This document shows, piece by piece, positions 50,975-63,865 of a DNA stretch of 64,000 nt. A program made the translations under genes and the position numbers. Numbering within the stretch: the first letter of the stretch is position 1; each line of letters starts with the position of its first letter. Below the pieces are notes generated by a model that made no database searches, was not told the DNA's origin, and saw nothing but the letters and a program-made list of their open reading frames with translations. Source of the DNA: an uncultured Pelagibacteraceae bacterium (GTDB taxonomy: Bacteria; Pseudomonadota; Alphaproteobacteria; Pelagibacterales; Pelagibacteraceae); NCBI GenBank assembly GCA_902579285.1, contig CACHGA010000002.1:7906-71905 (forward strand), read 5' to 3'.

Positions 50975-51736
50975 TTATTTCTTTTTTGGTTGCTCCTGTT
51001 TAACTGGTTTTTTTTCAGCGGTTTTTTTATCAGCGGGTTTGTTTTCATTTTTTTCATTTGGACTTGTATTTTTTGCATACTTTTCAGCAGAGGTTTTTCG
51101 ATTGAATGTTTTTACTGATTTTCTTAATAAAACAACTGAATTTTTTGACCCCGGGATTGAACCTTTTAAATACAGTAAACTATTTTCTAAATCTGATTTA
51201 ATTATTTCTAAGTTTAACATAGTTCTGTTTTTTGCTCCCATGTGCCCGGCCATTTTTTTACCTTTAAAAACTTTTCCTGGATCCTGGTTTTGTCCTGTTG
51301 AACCATGAGATCTATGAGATACTGAAACACCATGAGAAGCCCTTAATCCAGCAAAATTATATCTCTTCATTACTCCGGCAAAACCTTTACCTATTGTCTG
51401 AGATCTTACGTCTACAAATTTAACATCTTTTAAAGTTTCTAATCCTATTTCGTTACCTGTTTTATAGTCATCAGTTTTTTCTAACCTAAATTCTTTAATT
51501 ATTTTCTTTGGTTCTGTATTTTTTTTTGCAAAAAAACCCTTCATTTGATTTGTGAGTTTTGAACTTTTTAAATTAATAAAGCCCAATTTGACTGCTGAAT
51601 AACCATTCTTTTCTTTTGTATAAATATCGATAACTCTTCCCTTCTCGATTTTCAAAACGGTTACAGGAATAGAGACACCAGAGTCAAAGAATTCCCTGGT
51701 CATTCCAATTTTTTTTCCTATTAATCCTAAGCTCAT
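50975..51736 (-). CDS. rplC: 50S ribosomal protein L3
   Basis: GKKIGMT, GKGFAGVMKR, HRSHGSTG and KMAGHMG motifs. Confidence 0.97.
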   Translation of the reverse strand: MSLGLIGKKIGMTREFFDSGVSIPVTVLKIEKGRVIDIYTKEKNGYSAVKLGFINLKSSKLTNQMKGFFAKKNTEPKKIIKEFRLEKTDDYKTGNEIGLETLKDVKFVDVRSQTIGKGFAGVMKRYNFAGLRASHGVSVSHRSHGSTGQNQDPGKVFKGKKMAGHMGAKNRTMLNLEIIKSDLENSLLYLKGSIPGSKNSVVLLRKSVKTFNRKTSAEKYAKNTSPNEKNENKPADKKTAEKKPVKQEQPKKK

Positions 51737-51738
51737 AA

Positions 51739-52047
51739 TTATATTTTAATTTCTATGTTTACCCCTGAAGCTAAATCTAATTTCATTAATGCTTCTACTG
51801 TTTGAGGTGTTGGTTCGACAATATCTATTAATCTTTTGTGGGTTCTTGTCTCAAATTGTTCTCTACTTTTTTTATCAATATGTGGTGATCTAAGCACTGT
51901 GAATTTTTCAATTTTTGTAGGCAATGGTATTGGTCCTTTTACCTGTGCACCAGTACGTTTTGCTGTATTTACAATTTCTTGAGTTGATATATCCAAGATT
52001 TTATTGTCGTAAGCTTTTAGATGTATTCTGATATTTTGTTTATCCAT
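51739..52047 (-). CDS. rpsJ: 30S ribosomal protein S10
   Basis: GPIPLPT and [14 protein letters not shown] motifs. Confidence 0.98.
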   Translation of the reverse strand: MDKQNIRIHLKAYDNKILDISTQEIVNTAKRTGAQVKGPIPLPTKIEKFTVLRSPHIDKKSREQFETRTHKRLIDIVEPTPQTVEALMKLDLASGVNIEIKI

Positions 52048-52049
52048 TT

Positions 52050-54125
52050 TTATGCCATTTTTTTTGTTACTTCGTCTTGAACGTTTTGAGGAACTTTTGA
52101 GTAATGATCGAAAAACATTGAATACTGTGCTCTCCCTTGAGACATTGATCTTAAATTATTTATGTAACCAAACATATTTGCTAAGGGCACCATCGCGCTT
52201 ATAACAGTCGCATTACCTCTTTTGTCTGTAGTTGAAACCTGCCCTCTCCTACTATTTAAATCTCCAATAACATCTCCCATATAGTCTTCTGGTGTTATTA
52301 CTTCAACTCTCATTACTGGCTCTAAAAGTTTTAGACCAGCTTTAGTACATGCTTCTTTAAAACAATATCTTGATGCTATTTCGAATGCTAGAACACTTGA
52401 GTCTACATCGTGATGTAATCCGTCAACAATTGTAACTTTATAATCTATAAGAGGAAAACCTGCTAAAATACCGTTATCTGCAACACTCTCAACACCTTTT
52501 TCCACTCCTGGAATAAACTCTTTAGGTATTGAACCTCCTTTAATCTTATTTTCTACTTCTCTTCCCTTACCTGGTTCAAGTGGTTCGACATTTAATTCAA
52601 CTTTTGCAAATTGTCCTGCGCCTCCACTTTGTTTTTTGTGAATATAAACATTCGACACTGGTTTTTGGATAGTTTCTCTATAAGCAACTTGTGGAGCACC
52701 TATATTCGCCTCAACTTTGAATTCTCTTTTCATTCTGTCGACAATGATATCTAAATGAAGCTCACCCATTCCTTTAATAATAGTTTGTCCGGACTCTTCA
52801 TCTGATGTAACTCTAAAAGAAGGATCTTCTTTAGCCAGTCTACCTAAAGCTTCTCCCATTTTTTCTTGGTCGCCTTTAGTTTTAGGTTCAACAGCAATTT
52901 CTATTACTGGATCTGGGAATTCCATTGGCTCTAACACGACGGGTTTGTCCTCTTCTGATAATGTGTGTCCAGTAATCGTATATTTTAAACCAGCTAAAGC
53001 AACTATATCACCAGTATTTGCCTCTTTAACGTCTTCTCTACTATTAGCATGCATCAACAACATTCTTCCAACTCTTTCCTCTTTATCTCTTGATGTGTTG
53101 TAAACACCAGTTCCTGATTTTAAAGTTCCAGAATAAATTCTTATAAATGTTAAAGAGCCTACGAAAGGATCGTTTGCAACCTTGAAAGCCAGAGCTGAAA
53201 ATGGCTCTTTATCGTCAAATTTTCTCTCAACTTCATCTTTTGAATTTGGTTTTGTTCCTTTAATTGAATTAATGTCTTTTGGGCTAGGTAAAAAATCTAT
53301 AACTGCATCAAGTAACGGCTGGACACCTTTGTTTTTAAAAGCTGAACCTGTTAGGACTGGTACAAAATCAAATTTTAAACATCCCTTACGTATACAAGAA
53401 ATTATATCTTTTTCAGATATTTCTTTTCCATTTAAATAGTCATCCATTAATTTTTCATCTTGCTCTACTGCAGTTTCTATAAGTTCTTTTCTGTATTTTT
53501 CAGCCTGGTCTTTCAAGTCTGGTGGAATATCTGTGTATTCGAATTCTGCTCCAAGTTTTTCATCTTTCCACAAAACTGCTTTCATTTTAACTAAATCTAT
53601 AACTCCCTTTAAAGATGCTTCTATGCCTACAGGAATTTGCATTACTAATGGTTTAGCTCCCAGTCTATCCTTAATCATTTCAACACAATTAAAAAAATCA
53701 GCTCCAGTTCTATCTAGTTTATTTACAAAGCAAATCCTTGGAACTTTATATTTATCTGCTTGTCTCCAAACTGTTTCTGATTGTGGTTCGACACCAGCAA
53801 CGCCATCAAAAACTGCCACTGCACCATCTAGTACTTTAAGAGATCGCTCTACTTCAATCGTAAAATCTACGTGTCCAGGTGTATCTATTATGTTTATTCT
53901 GTGTTCTCTCCAAAAGCATGTCGTTGCTGCTGAAGTAATTGTGATTCCTCTTTCTTGTTCTTGTTCCATCCAATCCATTGTGGCGGCACCATCATGTACC
54001 TCACCAATCTTATGACTCTTACCAGTGTAATATAAAATTCTTTCTGTCGTTGTAGTTTTTCCAGCATCAATGTGAGCCATGATACCGATGTTTCTATATT
54101 TGTCTAAGGTATGAGTTCTAGGCAT
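52050..54125 (-). CDS. fusA: elongation factor G
   Basis: [24 protein letters not shown] and GMGELHL motifs; start moved to MPRTH. Confidence 0.98.
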   Translation of the reverse strand: MPRTHTLDKYRNIGIMAHIDAGKTTTTERILYYTGKSHKIGEVHDGAATMDWMEQEQERGITITSAATTCFWREHRINIIDTPGHVDFTIEVERSLKVLDGAVAVFDGVAGVEPQSETVWRQADKYKVPRICFVNKLDRTGADFFNCVEMIKDRLGAKPLVMQIPVGIEASLKGVIDLVKMKAVLWKDEKLGAEFEYTDIPPDLKDQAEKYRKELIETAVEQDEKLMDDYLNGKEISEKDIISCIRKGCLKFDFVPVLTGSAFKNKGVQPLLDAVIDFLPSPKDINSIKGTKPNSKDEVERKFDDKEPFSALAFKVANDPFVGSLTFIRIYSGTLKSGTGVYNTSRDKEERVGRMLLMHANSREDVKEANTGDIVALAGLKYTITGHTLSEEDKPVVLEPMEFPDPVIEIAVEPKTKGDQEKMGEALGRLAKEDPSFRVTSDEESGQTIIKGMGELHLDIIVDRMKREFKVEANIGAPQVAYRETIQKPVSNVYIHKKQSGGAGQFAKVELNVEPLEPGKGREVENKIKGGSIPKEFIPGVEKGVESVADNGILAGFPLIDYKVTIVDGLHHDVDSSVLAFEIASRYCFKEACTKAGLKLLEPVMRVEVITPEDYMGDVIGDLNSRRGQVSTTDKRGNATVISAMVPLANMFGYINNLRSMSQGRAQYSMFFDHYSKVPQNVQDEVTKKMA

Positions 54126-54129
54126 TTTA

Positions 54130-54597
54130 TTACCATCTAAAATGTGCAAAAGCCTTATTAGACTCTGCCATTTTATGTGTGTCCTCTCTTTTTTTTACTG
54201 CTGAACCTTTATTCTGAGACGCATCCATTATTTCATAAAATAATTTTTCAGCCATAGTTTTATTTTTTCGTTTTCTTGAAGCATCGAGAAGCCATCTGAG
54301 GGCTAATGCTTGTGATCTATTTGATTTAACCTCAACTGGAACCTGGTAAGTAGCACCTCCGACTCTTCGTGATCTAACTTCAAGATTTGGTCTTACATTC
54401 CCAATAGCTGAATTAAAAACTTTAAGTGGATCTTGGTTTTTAGCTTTCATTTTTTCTAGAGCTGAATATAATATTTTTTCAGCTGTTGATCTTTTACCAT
54501 CATACATTATCGAATTAATAAATTTTGAAATAACTTCAGATTTATATTTAGGATCAGGATAATTTTTTCTTTTAGGAGCTTTTCTTTTTCTAGACAT
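54130..54597 (-). CDS. rpsG: 30S ribosomal protein S7
   Basis: [11 protein letters not shown] and [13 protein letters not shown] motifs. Confidence 0.98.
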   Translation of the reverse strand: MSRKRKAPKRKNYPDPKYKSEVISKFINSIMYDGKRSTAEKILYSALEKMKAKNQDPLKVFNSAIGNVRPNLEVRSRRVGGATYQVPVEVKSNRSQALALRWLLDASRKRKNKTMAEKLFYEIMDASQNKGSAVKKREDTHKMAESNKAFAHFRW

Positions 54598-54605
54598 AAT
54601 TTAAA

Positions 54606-54977
54606 TTATTTTGGTTTTTTTGCACCATATAAGGAACGTCTTTTTCTTCTTGTACTTACGCCCTGTGCATCAAGGTTTCCACGTAATATATGGTATCTAA
54701 CACCTGGTAAATCTTTTACTCTACCACCTCTTATTAAAACTACTGAGTGTTCTTGTAAATTGTGTCCCTCACCAGGAATGTAAGCTGTAACTTCGTATCC
54801 GTTTGATAATCTTACTCTTGCAACTTTTCTTAATGCTGAATTAGGTTTTTTTGGGGTTGTTGTGTAAACTTTAATACATACACCTCTTTTAATTGGTTGT
54901 TTTTCTAAAGCCGGAACCTTGTTTCTAGATAAAGGTTTGACTCTAGGTTTTCTCAATAATTGACTTATAGTTGGCAT
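54606..54977 (-). CDS. rpsL: 30S ribosomal protein S12
   Basis: [10 protein letters not shown] and [10 protein letters not shown] motifs. Confidence 0.98.
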   Translation of the reverse strand: MPTISQLLRKPRVKPLSRNKVPALEKQPIKRGVCIKVYTTTPKKPNSALRKVARVRLSNGYEVTAYIPGEGHNLQEHSVVLIRGGRVKDLPGVRYHILRGNLDAQGVSTRRKRRSLYGAKKPK

Positions 54978-55000
54978 AAATTTTAATATTAGTTAATTAA

Positions 55001-55084
55001 GATAGAAAATAAGGCAGGACAATTTTTCCAAATTTTAGTTATGGTTTAAGGTCACAAAAACCTTACTTTATAACTATCAAAATT
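55001..55084 (-). promoter_or_regulatory. structured rpsL leader RNA
   Basis: Long interrupted hairpin (AAUUUU/AAAAUU, UAGUUAU/AUAACUA, UAAGGU/ACCUUA) plus an alternative partner CCUUAUUUUCUAUC downstream. Confidence 0.65.
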
Positions 55085-55089
55085 GCGCT

Positions 55090-55117
55090 AAACTAACATT
55101 GAAGTATGAAAAGTCAA
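55090..55117 (-). promoter_or_regulatory. putative sigma70 promoter of the str-S10-spc cluster
   Basis: TTGACT-N16-TAGTTT immediately upstream of the leader hairpin. Confidence 0.5.
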
Positions 55118-55161
55118 TGATTAAAGGTATCAAAAAGACCAATGGTAGCGGCGTTTTTTGC

Positions 55162-58100
55162 TTATGTTTTGGTTTCTTCTTGTTTAATTTCTAGTTCTTT
55201 TTTTTCGAGTTGCTCTAATCTAATTTTGTCTTGTTCTTGAGCAACTTTATTTAATTTATTCTTGGTAAATCCAGTACCTGCAGGAATTAGTCTACCCACT
55301 ATTACATTTTCTTTAAGTCCCTCTAAACTATCTGTTTTTCCTTTGATTGCTGAATCCGTCAGCACTCTTGTTGTTTCTTGAAACGATGCAGCTGATATAA
55401 AAGAATTTGTTTGTAATGATGCTTTGGTAATTCCTAAAAGAACTCTTTCACCGTTAGCCGGCTTTTTGTTATCTTTTTTTAATTCTGAATTAATTTCCTC
55501 AAGCTTAATTTTATCGATCATTTCTCCATTTAATAATTTTGATTCACCAGGATCTTTAATTTCAACTTTTTTTAACATTTGTCTAACAATTGTTTCGATA
55601 TGCTTATCGTTAATCACAACTCCTTGCATTCTATAAACTTCTTGGACTTCACTAACAAAATATTCTGTAAGAGCTTCAACTCCTAAAATTCTCAAAATAT
55701 CATGTGGCGCTGGAGCTCCATCAAGTAAATATTCACCTTTTTTAATTTTCTCTCCCTGGTTAAAATTTGTGTGTTTGCCTTTTGGTATTAAATAATTGGA
55801 TGAATTTCCATCAGAAGTTACTATTGAAATTTTTTGCTTACCCCTTACTTCTTTACCAAACTGAATTGTTCCGTCATTTTCAGCAATAATTGCACTATCT
55901 TTAGGTCTTCTTGCCTCGAATAGTTCAGCAACTCTTGGAAGACCTCCTGTGATATCTTTAGTTTTAGAAGTTTCTTTTGGCAATCTTGCTAATACATCTC
56001 CAGCAGATATTTTTTGACCATCCTTAACAGATAATATTGAGTCAGGCACCAGATAATATCTTGCTTCATTTCCATCAGCTTTTTTAATAACTTCGCCATC
56101 ATTATTTCTGAGTGTAATCCTTGGTTTCAAATCTGAATTTTTTGATTGCGATCTCCAATCCAAAACTGATTTTGCTGATATACCTGTTGCATCGTCAAGG
56201 GTTTCAGCTAAAGAAACACCTTCAACTAAATCCATATAATTTGCTTCACCTCCAGTTTCAGCAATCACTGGTAAAGTATAAGGATCCCACTCACATATCT
56301 TTTTACCTTTACCTACTTTATCTCCGTGTTGAAAATATATTTTTGCTCCGTAAGGAATTTTGTATAAAGCAAGTTGCCTTCCATTATCATCTTCTAATGA
56401 TAATTGTGTATTTCTACCCATAACAATTGTATTATTTTTTGAGTCTTTAATTAAATTTTTATTATTTATTTTAAGTATTCCCTGATTTACAGAAATTACA
56501 GATGACTCCTCTTTAATTTGAGCAGTACCTCCTACGTGGAATGTTCTCATGGTTAATTGAGTTCCTGGTTCACCAATAGACTGTGCAGCTATCATACCGA
56601 CCGCCTCACCTATACTAACTAATTTACCTCTAGCTAGATCCCTTCCATAACTCATGGCACAAACTCCACTTTTTGAACCACATGTAATTACTGAATAAAC
56701 TTTTACTGATTTAACCCCTGCTGCATCAATTTTTTCACAATCAAATTCATCAATTAGCTTTTCTTTTTTTATTAAAACTTCTCCGGTAATAGGGTTTTTA
56801 ATATCTTCGCCAATTACTCTTCCTAGAACTCTTTCGGACAAACTAACTAGAACATTACCGCCCTCTATAATTTCTGACAGTGTAATTGTAGATTTGGATT
56901 TACAATCACATTCTTTTTTAGTGATTTGTAAATCTTGTGCAACGTCACATAATCTTCTTGTAAGATATCCTGAGTTAGCTGTCTTTAATGCTGTATCGGC
57001 TAGTCCTTTTCTGGCACCATGGGTCGAATTAAAATACTCCAAAACCGTTAATCCTTCTTTAAAATTTGAAACAATAGGTTGTTCTATAATTTCACCTGAA
57101 GGTTTTGCAATTAACCCTCGCATACCAGCTAATTGTTTCATTTGCGCAGGCGATCCCCTAGCACCTGAATCAGCCATCATATAAACTGAATTTGTTTCAA
57201 TTCTTCCATCTGGGTATTTTTTTTCAGCCGAAGAAATCTCTTTCATCATTTCATTCGCTATAGAGTCTGTGCATTTTGACCATATATCAACAACTTTATT
57301 GTATTTTTCGCCTCTTGTTATTAAACCGTCCTGATATTGTTTTTCGTATTCCTCTATTTGCTTTTTGGTTTGGTTTACTAATTTTTCTTTAGTCTTAGGA
57401 ATTATCAAGTCATTCTTTCCAAAAGAAATTCCTGCTTTAAAAGCGTGTTTAAAACCAAGTTCTTTTATACTATCACAAAAAATAACAGTTTGTTTTTGTC
57501 CGCAAAATCTATAGACAGTATCAATTATTTCGGAAACAGCTTTTTTATTAAGCAATTTATTTACTAGAGAAAAACTGATTTTATGATGTTTTGGCAATGT
57601 CTCTGCCAATAAAAATCTTCCTGCTGTACTTTGATGTTTCTCAACAATTTTTTTTCCATCTTTATCAATTGTAGAAAATTGTGATATAATTTTCGAGTGA
57701 ATGCTAATAAGTTTTCTTTCTAAAGCATTATTAATTTCATCGACATTTAAAAAGATACCTTGGGGTTTATCCTTTTCATTATCCTTAGATTGAGATAAAT
57801 AATATATTCCCAAAACGATATCCTGACTTGGTACAATGATTGGTTTTCCGTTTGATGGGCTTAATATATTATTAGTAGACATCATTAGTACTCTTGCTTC
57901 AAGTTGGGCCTCTAAACTTAATGGTATATGTACAGCCATTTGGTCACCATCAAAATCTGCATTGAATGCTGCACAAACCAAAGGGTGTAATTCAATTGCA
58001 TTTCCCTCAATAAGTTTTGCTTCAAATGCTTGGACTCCTAATCTGTGTAAAGTTGGTGCTCTATTTAATAGTACAGGGTGTTCTCGTATAATATATTCTA

Positions 58101-59340
58101 ACGAGTCCCATACCTCGCTTCTTTGCTTTTCAACCATTCTTTTTGCTTGCTTAATTGTTGTTGCTAAACCAAGTTTGGCAAGTCTAGCGTATAAAAAAGG
58201 TTTAAAAAGTTCTAAAGCCATTTTTTTTGGCAATCCGCATTGGTGTAATTTTAATTCTGGACCAACAACAATAACCGATCTTCCTGAATAATCGACTCTT
58301 TTACCAAGTAAATTTTGCCTAAACCTTCCTTGTTTTCCTTTTAACATTTCGGCTAAGGATTTAAGTGGTCTTTTCCCAGTACCAGTAATTACTCTTCCTC
58401 GTCTTCCGTTGTCAAATAAAGCATCAACGGACTCTTGCAACATTCTTTTTTCATTTCTAACAATAATTTCTGGAGCTTTTAGATCTAATAATCGCTTCAA
58501 TCTGTTATTTCTATTTATCACTCTTCTGTAAAGATCATTAAGATCTGAAGTCGCAAATCTTCCTCCATCTAAAGGAACCAAAGGTCTTAGTTCAGGTGGT
58601 ATAACCGGTATTGTTGTTAAAATCATCCATTCAGGTTTGTTTCCGGACTCAATAAATGAATCTAGAAGTTTTAATCTTTTTAAAGTTCTTTCTTCAGTAA
58701 CTTTTGATTTTGTTTCTTTAAGAGAAACTGTTAATTTTTCTCTTTCTTTTTTTAAATCTATATTTATTAATATCTCTCTTACTGCTTCAGCCCCTATACC
58801 AGCGGTAAATCCATCCTCCCCGTATTTTTCTTGCGCTTTGCTATATTCATCTTCTGTTAATAGCTGCCCTTTTTTTAGTTCAGTCAATCCTGGCTCAATT
58901 ACAATAAAACTCTCAAAATATAATACTTTTTCTACTTCCTTTAGTTTCATATCTATTGCTAAAGAGATTCTGCTTGGCAAAGATTTTAAAAACCAAATAT
59001 GTGCTACAGGACATGAAAGATTAATATGCCCCATTCTTTCTCTTCTAACATTAGACTTTGTTACTTCTACTCCACACTTTTCACAAATAATTCCTCTAAA
59101 TTTCATTCTTTTATATTTTCCGCACAAGCATTCATAGTCCCTAACTGGACCAAAAATTCTTGCACAGAAAAGTCCGTCTTTTTCCGGTCTGAATGTTCTG
59201 TAATTAATTGTTTCAGGTTTTTTTATTTCACCAAAAGACCATGATTTAATCTTATCTGGACTTGCCAATGTAATTTTTATATGACTAAAATTCTTTTCTG
59301 GTAATTTTTGTTTATTGTCTTTAAATAATTGTTTTCTCAT
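55162..59340 (-). CDS. rpoC: RNA polymerase beta' subunit
   Basis: [13 protein letters not shown]-terminal zinc ribbon, [13 protein letters not shown] and SAASFQETT motifs. Confidence 0.99.
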   Translation of the reverse strand: MRKQLFKDNKQKLPEKNFSHIKITLASPDKIKSWSFGEIKKPETINYRTFRPEKDGLFCARIFGPVRDYECLCGKYKRMKFRGIICEKCGVEVTKSNVRRERMGHINLSCPVAHIWFLKSLPSRISLAIDMKLKEVEKVLYFESFIVIEPGLTELKKGQLLTEDEYSKAQEKYGEDGFTAGIGAEAVREILINIDLKKEREKLTVSLKETKSKVTEERTLKRLKLLDSFIESGNKPEWMILTTIPVIPPELRPLVPLDGGRFATSDLNDLYRRVINRNNRLKRLLDLKAPEIIVRNEKRMLQESVDALFDNGRRGRVITGTGKRPLKSLAEMLKGKQGRFRQNLLGKRVDYSGRSVIVVGPELKLHQCGLPKKMALELFKPFLYARLAKLGLATTIKQAKRMVEKQRSEVWDSLEYIIREHPVLLNRAPTLHRLGVQAFEAKLIEGNAIELHPLVCAAFNADFDGDQMAVHIPLSLEAQLEARVLMMSTNNILSPSNGKPIIVPSQDIVLGIYYLSQSKDNEKDKPQGIFLNVDEINNALERKLISIHSKIISQFSTIDKDGKKIVEKHQSTAGRFLLAETLPKHHKISFSLVNKLLNKKAVSEIIDTVYRFCGQKQTVIFCDSIKELGFKHAFKAGISFGKNDLIIPKTKEKLVNQTKKQIEEYEKQYQDGLITRGEKYNKVVDIWSKCTDSIANEMMKEISSAEKKYPDGRIETNSVYMMADSGARGSPAQMKQLAGMRGLIAKPSGEIIEQPIVSNFKEGLTVLEYFNSTHGARKGLADTALKTANSGYLTRRLCDVAQDLQITKKECDCKSKSTITLSEIIEGGNVLVSLSERVLGRVIGEDIKNPITGEVLIKKEKLIDEFDCEKIDAAGVKSVKVYSVITCGSKSGVCAMSYGRDLARGKLVSIGEAVGMIAAQSIGEPGTQLTMRTFHVGGTAQIKEESSVISVNQGILKINNKNLIKDSKNNTIVMGRNTQLSLEDDNGRQLALYKIPYGAKIYFQHGDKVGKGKKICEWDPYTLPVIAETGGEANYMDLVEGVSLAETLDDATGISAKSVLDWRSQSKNSDLKPRITLRNNDGEVIKKADGNEARYYLVPDSILSVKDGQKISAGDVLARLPKETSKTKDITGGLPRVAELFEARRPKDSAIIAENDGTIQFGKEVRGKQKISIVTSDGNSSNYLIPKGKHTNFNQGEKIKKGEYLLDGAPAPHDILRILGVEALTEYFVSEVQEVYRMQGVVINDKHIETIVRQMLKKVEIKDPGESKLLNGEMIDKIKLEEINSELKKDNKKPANGERVLLGITKASLQTNSFISAASFQETTRVLTDSAIKGKTDSLEGLKENVIVGRLIPAGTGFTKNKLNKVAQEQDKIRLEQLEKKELEIKQEETKT

Positions 59341-59344
59341 TTTT

Positions 59345-62300
59345 TTAATTTAATTCTATATTTAACCCTAAGGCTCTAATTTCTTTAACTAAAACATTAA
59401 ATGACTCAGGTATACCAGACTCAAAATTTTCGTCTCCTTTAACAATTGTCTCATAAACCTTAGTTCTCCCTGCAACATCATCTGATTTCACTGTTAAAAT
59501 TTCTTGAAGAGTATATGAAGCTCCATAAGCTTCTAGTGCCCACACTTCCATTTCTCCAAACCTTTGTCCTCCTAATTGCGCCTTTCCTCCTAAAGGTTGT
59601 TGAGTTACTAAACTATAAGGGCCTGTAGATCTTGCGTGAATTTTGTCTTCTACAAGATGGTGTAATTTTAACATATAAATTATTCCCACTGTAATTGGCC
59701 TGTCAAACTTTTCTCCCGTTCTTCCATCCCACAAGTTTGTTTGGCCTGTGTTTGGCAAGTTTGCTAATTCAAGCATTTTAGTAATATCTTCAGTTGAGGC
59801 ACCATCAAAAACAGGTGTAGCTATTGGAATTCCATTGGAGAGATTACCACAAAGTTCTTTTAATTCTTTCTTCTCGAATTTTTTAATTACATCATTGTAT
59901 ATTTCTTTTCCATAAATACCTTCTAATGTACTTGTAAGATTAGTTTCAGGTTTTTTATTAAAATACTCATCAGATAATTTTCTTATTTTCTCTCCTAATT
60001 CAGAACATGACCATCCTAAGTGAGTCTCTAAAATTTGACCTACATTCATTCTACTTGGAACTCCAAGGGGGTTTAATACAATATCAACTGGTTTTCCACT
60101 TTCCATGTATGGCATATCCTCTACTGGGACGATTTTACTTATAACACCCTTGTTTCCGTGTCTTCCTGCCATTTTATCTCCTGGCATTAATCTCCTTTTT
60201 ACAGCAACAAAAACTTTAACTACTTTCATTACTGTGGGTAATAAATCATCTCCTTGTTTAATTTTTAAGACTTTATCTTCAAACCTTAATTGAATATCTT
60301 TTTGTGCGCTGTTATATTGATCTTTTAATTGAAAGACTTTATCGTTTGTGTCTTTATTTTTTAATTCTAATTTCCAATATTCCTTAATATTTAAATTATC
60401 CAATAATTCTTTATCTAACATTTCTCCAGCTTTTAAACTCTTATATGGTTTTGTTAGCTCTTGTTTTTTTAAAATATCATTCAAACGTAATTTTATGTTT
60501 CTTTCTAAAATTTCTTCTTCGACTTGTTTGTCTTCTTGAACAGACTCTATTTCTGATCTTTCAATAGCAATAGTTCTCTCATCTTTTTCTACACCATGTC
60601 TATTAAACACCCTTACGTCTACAACTACACCGCCACTACCAGGGGGTAGTTTAAGTGAACTATCTCTGACATCGGTAGCTTTTTCACCAAATATTGATCT
60701 TAATAATTTTTCTTCTGGACTAGAAGCAGTTTCACCTTTTGGTGTTACTTTTCCAACCAAAATATCGCCAGGATTTACTTCTGCTCCAATGTAAACTACT
60801 CCAGATTCATCTAGGTTTCTCAAACTTTCTTCACTAACATTTGGTATATCTCTTGTTATCTCTTCTGTTCCTAACTTTGTATCTCTAGCCATTAATTCAT
60901 GTTCTTCAATATGTATTGAGGTAAAAACGTCATCAGTTACACATCTTTCTGAAATAAGAATAGAGTCTTCAAAATTATATCCTTGCCAAGGCATGAAAGC
61001 GACTGTTACATTTTTTCCTAAAGCAAGTTCACCGAGTTTTGTAGCTGGACCGTCTGCAATAATATCTCCTTTTTTGATCACATCCCCAACTTTGACAAGC
61101 GGTTTTTGGTTTATACAAGTATTTTGGTTTGATCTTTGAAATTTTAATAAGTTATAAATGTCAACACCAGATTTTGAAAAATTTTTTTCTTCGGTAGCTT
61201 TAACTACTATTCTTTTTCCGTCAATTTTATCTACCACTCCATTTCTACTTGCAACTATCGTGACACCAGAGTCTAATGCAACATCTCCTTCTATACCTGT
61301 TCCTACAAGTGGAGATTCTGGTTTTAATAACGGAACAGCTTGGCGCATCATGTTTGAACCCATTAAAGCTCTATTGGCATCATCATTTTCTAAGAAAGGA
61401 ATTAAAGATGCAGCAACGGAAACTAACTGTTTCGGCGAAACATCTATGTAATCTATATTTTCTCTTCTTGATAAAATAAAATTTAAACCCTTTCTGCATG
61501 AAACAAGTTCTTCAACAAAATTACCGTCGTTGTTAACGGGTGAATTAGCTTGTGCTATAGTGTATTTTTCTTCTTCGATAGCAGACAAATATTCTATTTT
61601 ATCTATAATTTTACCATTTGTGACTTTTTTATATGGGCTTTCAATGAAACCATATCGATTTACTTTTGAATATGTGGCTAAGCTGTTTATCAATCCAATA
61701 TTTGGGCCTTCTGGTGTTTCTATAGGACAAATTCTTCCATAATGCGTTGGATGAACATCTCTAACTTCAAAACCAGCTCTCTCTCTGGTTAAACCTCCAG
61801 GGCCAAGTGCAGAAACTCTTCTTTTGTGAGTTATTTCTGACAATGGATTTGTCTGATCCATAAATTGTGATAACTGAGATGTACCAAAAAAATCTTTAAA
61901 TGACGTAGTTATTGGTTTTGCATTAATTAAATCTTGAGGCATCGATGACTCTATTTCGAGTAGAGTTGACATTTTTTCCTTAATGGTTCTTTCCATTCTT
62001 ATTAGACCAATCCTGAACTGATTCTCAACTAATTCACCTACAGATCTTACTCGTCTATTTCCAAGATGATCTATGTCATCTACCTCACCCTTGCCATCTC
62101 TAAGATCAAGCATAAATTTTATAATTGAAATAATATCACTTGGAGTAAGTACTCTATTAGTTTCTGGGGTTTTTAAATTTAACTTTGCATTTAATTTAAC
62201 TCTACCAACATCAGATAAGTCATATCTTTCTTTGCTAAAATATAAATTTTTAAAAACCTCTTCTGCTATTTCTGAGCTAGGAGGTTCTCCTGGTCTTAAA

Positions 62301-63439
62301 ACTTTATAAATATCATTTAATGCTTCTTCTTTATTATTATTTTTATCAAGTTTTATTGTTTCAAAAATATATGGTCCTCTTATTATTGAATCCACATTTG
62401 CTAATTCAATTTTATATTTTTCTGATGATAGGATTTTATCTAATATTTCACTTGTTAAATTAAAACCTGATTTTAAAACTATCTCCCCACTTTTATCTTT
62501 AATATCCTCTTTGGTGTATTTACCAATCAATTCATCTTTTGAAACTAGAATTTCGTTCAAGCCTTTTTCTTTTAAATTCTTAGCTAAAACTATATTTAAT
62601 TTTTCGCCTTTTTTTAAAATTTTCTTTTTATTTTTTTTGTCTATTAAATCAAATTGAAGTTTTATTGGTCTTTTATATTTTTCAGGTTCAAATGATGTAG
62701 ACCAAGAATTTGTCGTTTTGTCGTAACTATAATTTTCATATGAGTAAAATGTTTTTAAAATTTCTTCTCTAGACTTCCCAAGAGCATACAAAAGTGTTGT
62801 TATAGGAATTTTCTTTTTTCTATCAATTCTAAAATACAGTATATCTTTGGGATCAAATTCAAAATCCAACCAAGAACCTCTGCCTGGTATTATTCTACAG
62901 TTAAATAGTAATTTTCCACTTGCGTGAGTTTTACCTTTGTCATGATCAAAAAATACACCTGGGCTTCTATGCATTTGATTTACTACGACTCTTTCAACTC
63001 CGTTAACCACAAATGTTCCACTAGGAGTCATAAGTGGTAGGTCACCAATAAAAACTTCTTGTTCTTTTGCTGATAGAATTTGTTTTGTATTTTCTACGTT
63101 ATCAATATCATAAACTACAAGTCTTAAAGTAGCTTTAAGTGCCGCTGAATATGTTAGACTTCTTTGTCTGCATTCGGTCACATCAAATTTAGGTTTGCTT
63201 AATCTATATGATATGAATTCCAATGAAGCTTTCTCAGATGCATCATTAATAGGAAAAACACTTTCAAATACTTTGGTCAAACCCTTACTATAAATTGAAT
63301 TATTTTTTTCAGCAGTTTTTGTTATGAATTCGTTAAATGAATTCTTTTGAACTTCAATTAGATTTGGTATTGATAAGGTTTCTTTTAATCTTCCGAAGTT
63401 TTTTCTAATACTTTTCTTTTGGGTAAAAGATAATTCCAT
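59345..63439 (-). CDS. rpoB: RNA polymerase beta subunit
   Basis: [33 protein letters not shown] and GGQRFGEME motifs. Confidence 0.99.
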   Translation of the reverse strand: MELSFTQKKSIRKNFGRLKETLSIPNLIEVQKNSFNEFITKTAEKNNSIYSKGLTKVFESVFPINDASEKASLEFISYRLSKPKFDVTECRQRSLTYSAALKATLRLVVYDIDNVENTKQILSAKEQEVFIGDLPLMTPSGTFVVNGVERVVVNQMHRSPGVFFDHDKGKTHASGKLLFNCRIIPGRGSWLDFEFDPKDILYFRIDRKKKIPITTLLYALGKSREEILKTFYSYENYSYDKTTNSWSTSFEPEKYKRPIKLQFDLIDKKNKKKILKKGEKLNIVLAKNLKEKGLNEILVSKDELIGKYTKEDIKDKSGEIVLKSGFNLTSEILDKILSSEKYKIELANVDSIIRGPYIFETIKLDKNNNKEEALNDIYKVLRPGEPPSSEIAEEVFKNLYFSKERYDLSDVGRVKLNAKLNLKTPETNRVLTPSDIISIIKFMLDLRDGKGEVDDIDHLGNRRVRSVGELVENQFRIGLIRMERTIKEKMSTLLEIESSMPQDLINAKPITTSFKDFFGTSQLSQFMDQTNPLSEITHKRRVSALGPGGLTRERAGFEVRDVHPTHYGRICPIETPEGPNIGLINSLATYSKVNRYGFIESPYKKVTNGKIIDKIEYLSAIEEEKYTIAQANSPVNNDGNFVEELVSCRKGLNFILSRRENIDYIDVSPKQLVSVAASLIPFLENDDANRALMGSNMMRQAVPLLKPESPLVGTGIEGDVALDSGVTIVASRNGVVDKIDGKRIVVKATEEKNFSKSGVDIYNLLKFQRSNQNTCINQKPLVKVGDVIKKGDIIADGPATKLGELALGKNVTVAFMPWQGYNFEDSILISERCVTDDVFTSIHIEEHELMARDTKLGTEEITRDIPNVSEESLRNLDESGVVYIGAEVNPGDILVGKVTPKGETASSPEEKLLRSIFGEKATDVRDSSLKLPPGSGGVVVDVRVFNRHGVEKDERTIAIERSEIESVQEDKQVEEEILERNIKLRLNDILKKQELTKPYKSLKAGEMLDKELLDNLNIKEYWKLELKNKDTNDKVFQLKDQYNSAQKDIQLRFEDKVLKIKQGDDLLPTVMKVVKVFVAVKRRLMPGDKMAGRHGNKGVISKIVPVEDMPYMESGKPVDIVLNPLGVPSRMNVGQILETHLGWSCSELGEKIRKLSDEYFNKKPETNLTSTLEGIYGKEIYNDVIKKFEKKELKELCGNLSNGIPIATPVFDGASTEDITKMLELANLPNTGQTNLWDGRTGEKFDRPITVGIIYMLKLHHLVEDKIHARSTGPYSLVTQQPLGGKAQLGGQRFGEMEVWALEAYGASYTLQEILTVKSDDVAGRTKVYETIVKGDENFESGIPESFNVLVKEIRALGLNIELN

Positions 63440-63482
63440 TCAACAAATAATTTTTTTTGGTACTACGAGAACTGTACCGACT

Positions 63483-63851
63483 TTATTTTAATTCTACTTT
63501 TGCTCCGGCAGCTTCTAATTTTTTCTTAGCTTCTTCAGCATCTTTTTTAGGCACCGCTTTTTTAATTTCTTTTGGAGCAGCTTCAACTAAATCCTTCGCT
63601 TCTTTTAATCCTAATCCAGTGATAGCTCTAACTTCTTTGATTACATTAATTTTTTTATCACCCGCAGCACTTAAAAATATTGTGAATTCGCTTTTTTCTT
63701 CCGCTGGTGCAGCTCCGCCTGCCGCTGGTGCTGCTGCTACTGGTGCCGCAGCTGTTACTCCCCACTTTTCTTCTAGTTGTTTTGAAAGCTCCGCAGCTTC
63801 AACTACGGTTAATTTTGAAAGTTCATCTATTATTTTATTTAGGTCAGCCAT
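63483..63851 (-). CDS. rplL: 50S ribosomal protein L7/L12
   Basis: LEEKWGV, Ala-rich hinge and [15 protein letters not shown] motif. Confidence 0.98.
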   Translation of the reverse strand: MADLNKIIDELSKLTVVEAAELSKQLEEKWGVTAAAPVAAAPAAGGAAPAEEKSEFTIFLSAAGDKKINVIKEVRAITGLGLKEAKDLVEAAPKEIKKAVPKKDAEEAKKKLEAAGAKVELK

Positions 63852-63865
63852 TTGTAAAGATTTAA

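Noticed and set aside
55130..55161. GC-rich patch after the rpoC stop as an intrinsic terminator
   Set aside because: Only a 3-bp stem (ACC-ATT-GGT) precedes the T run, which is too weak to call
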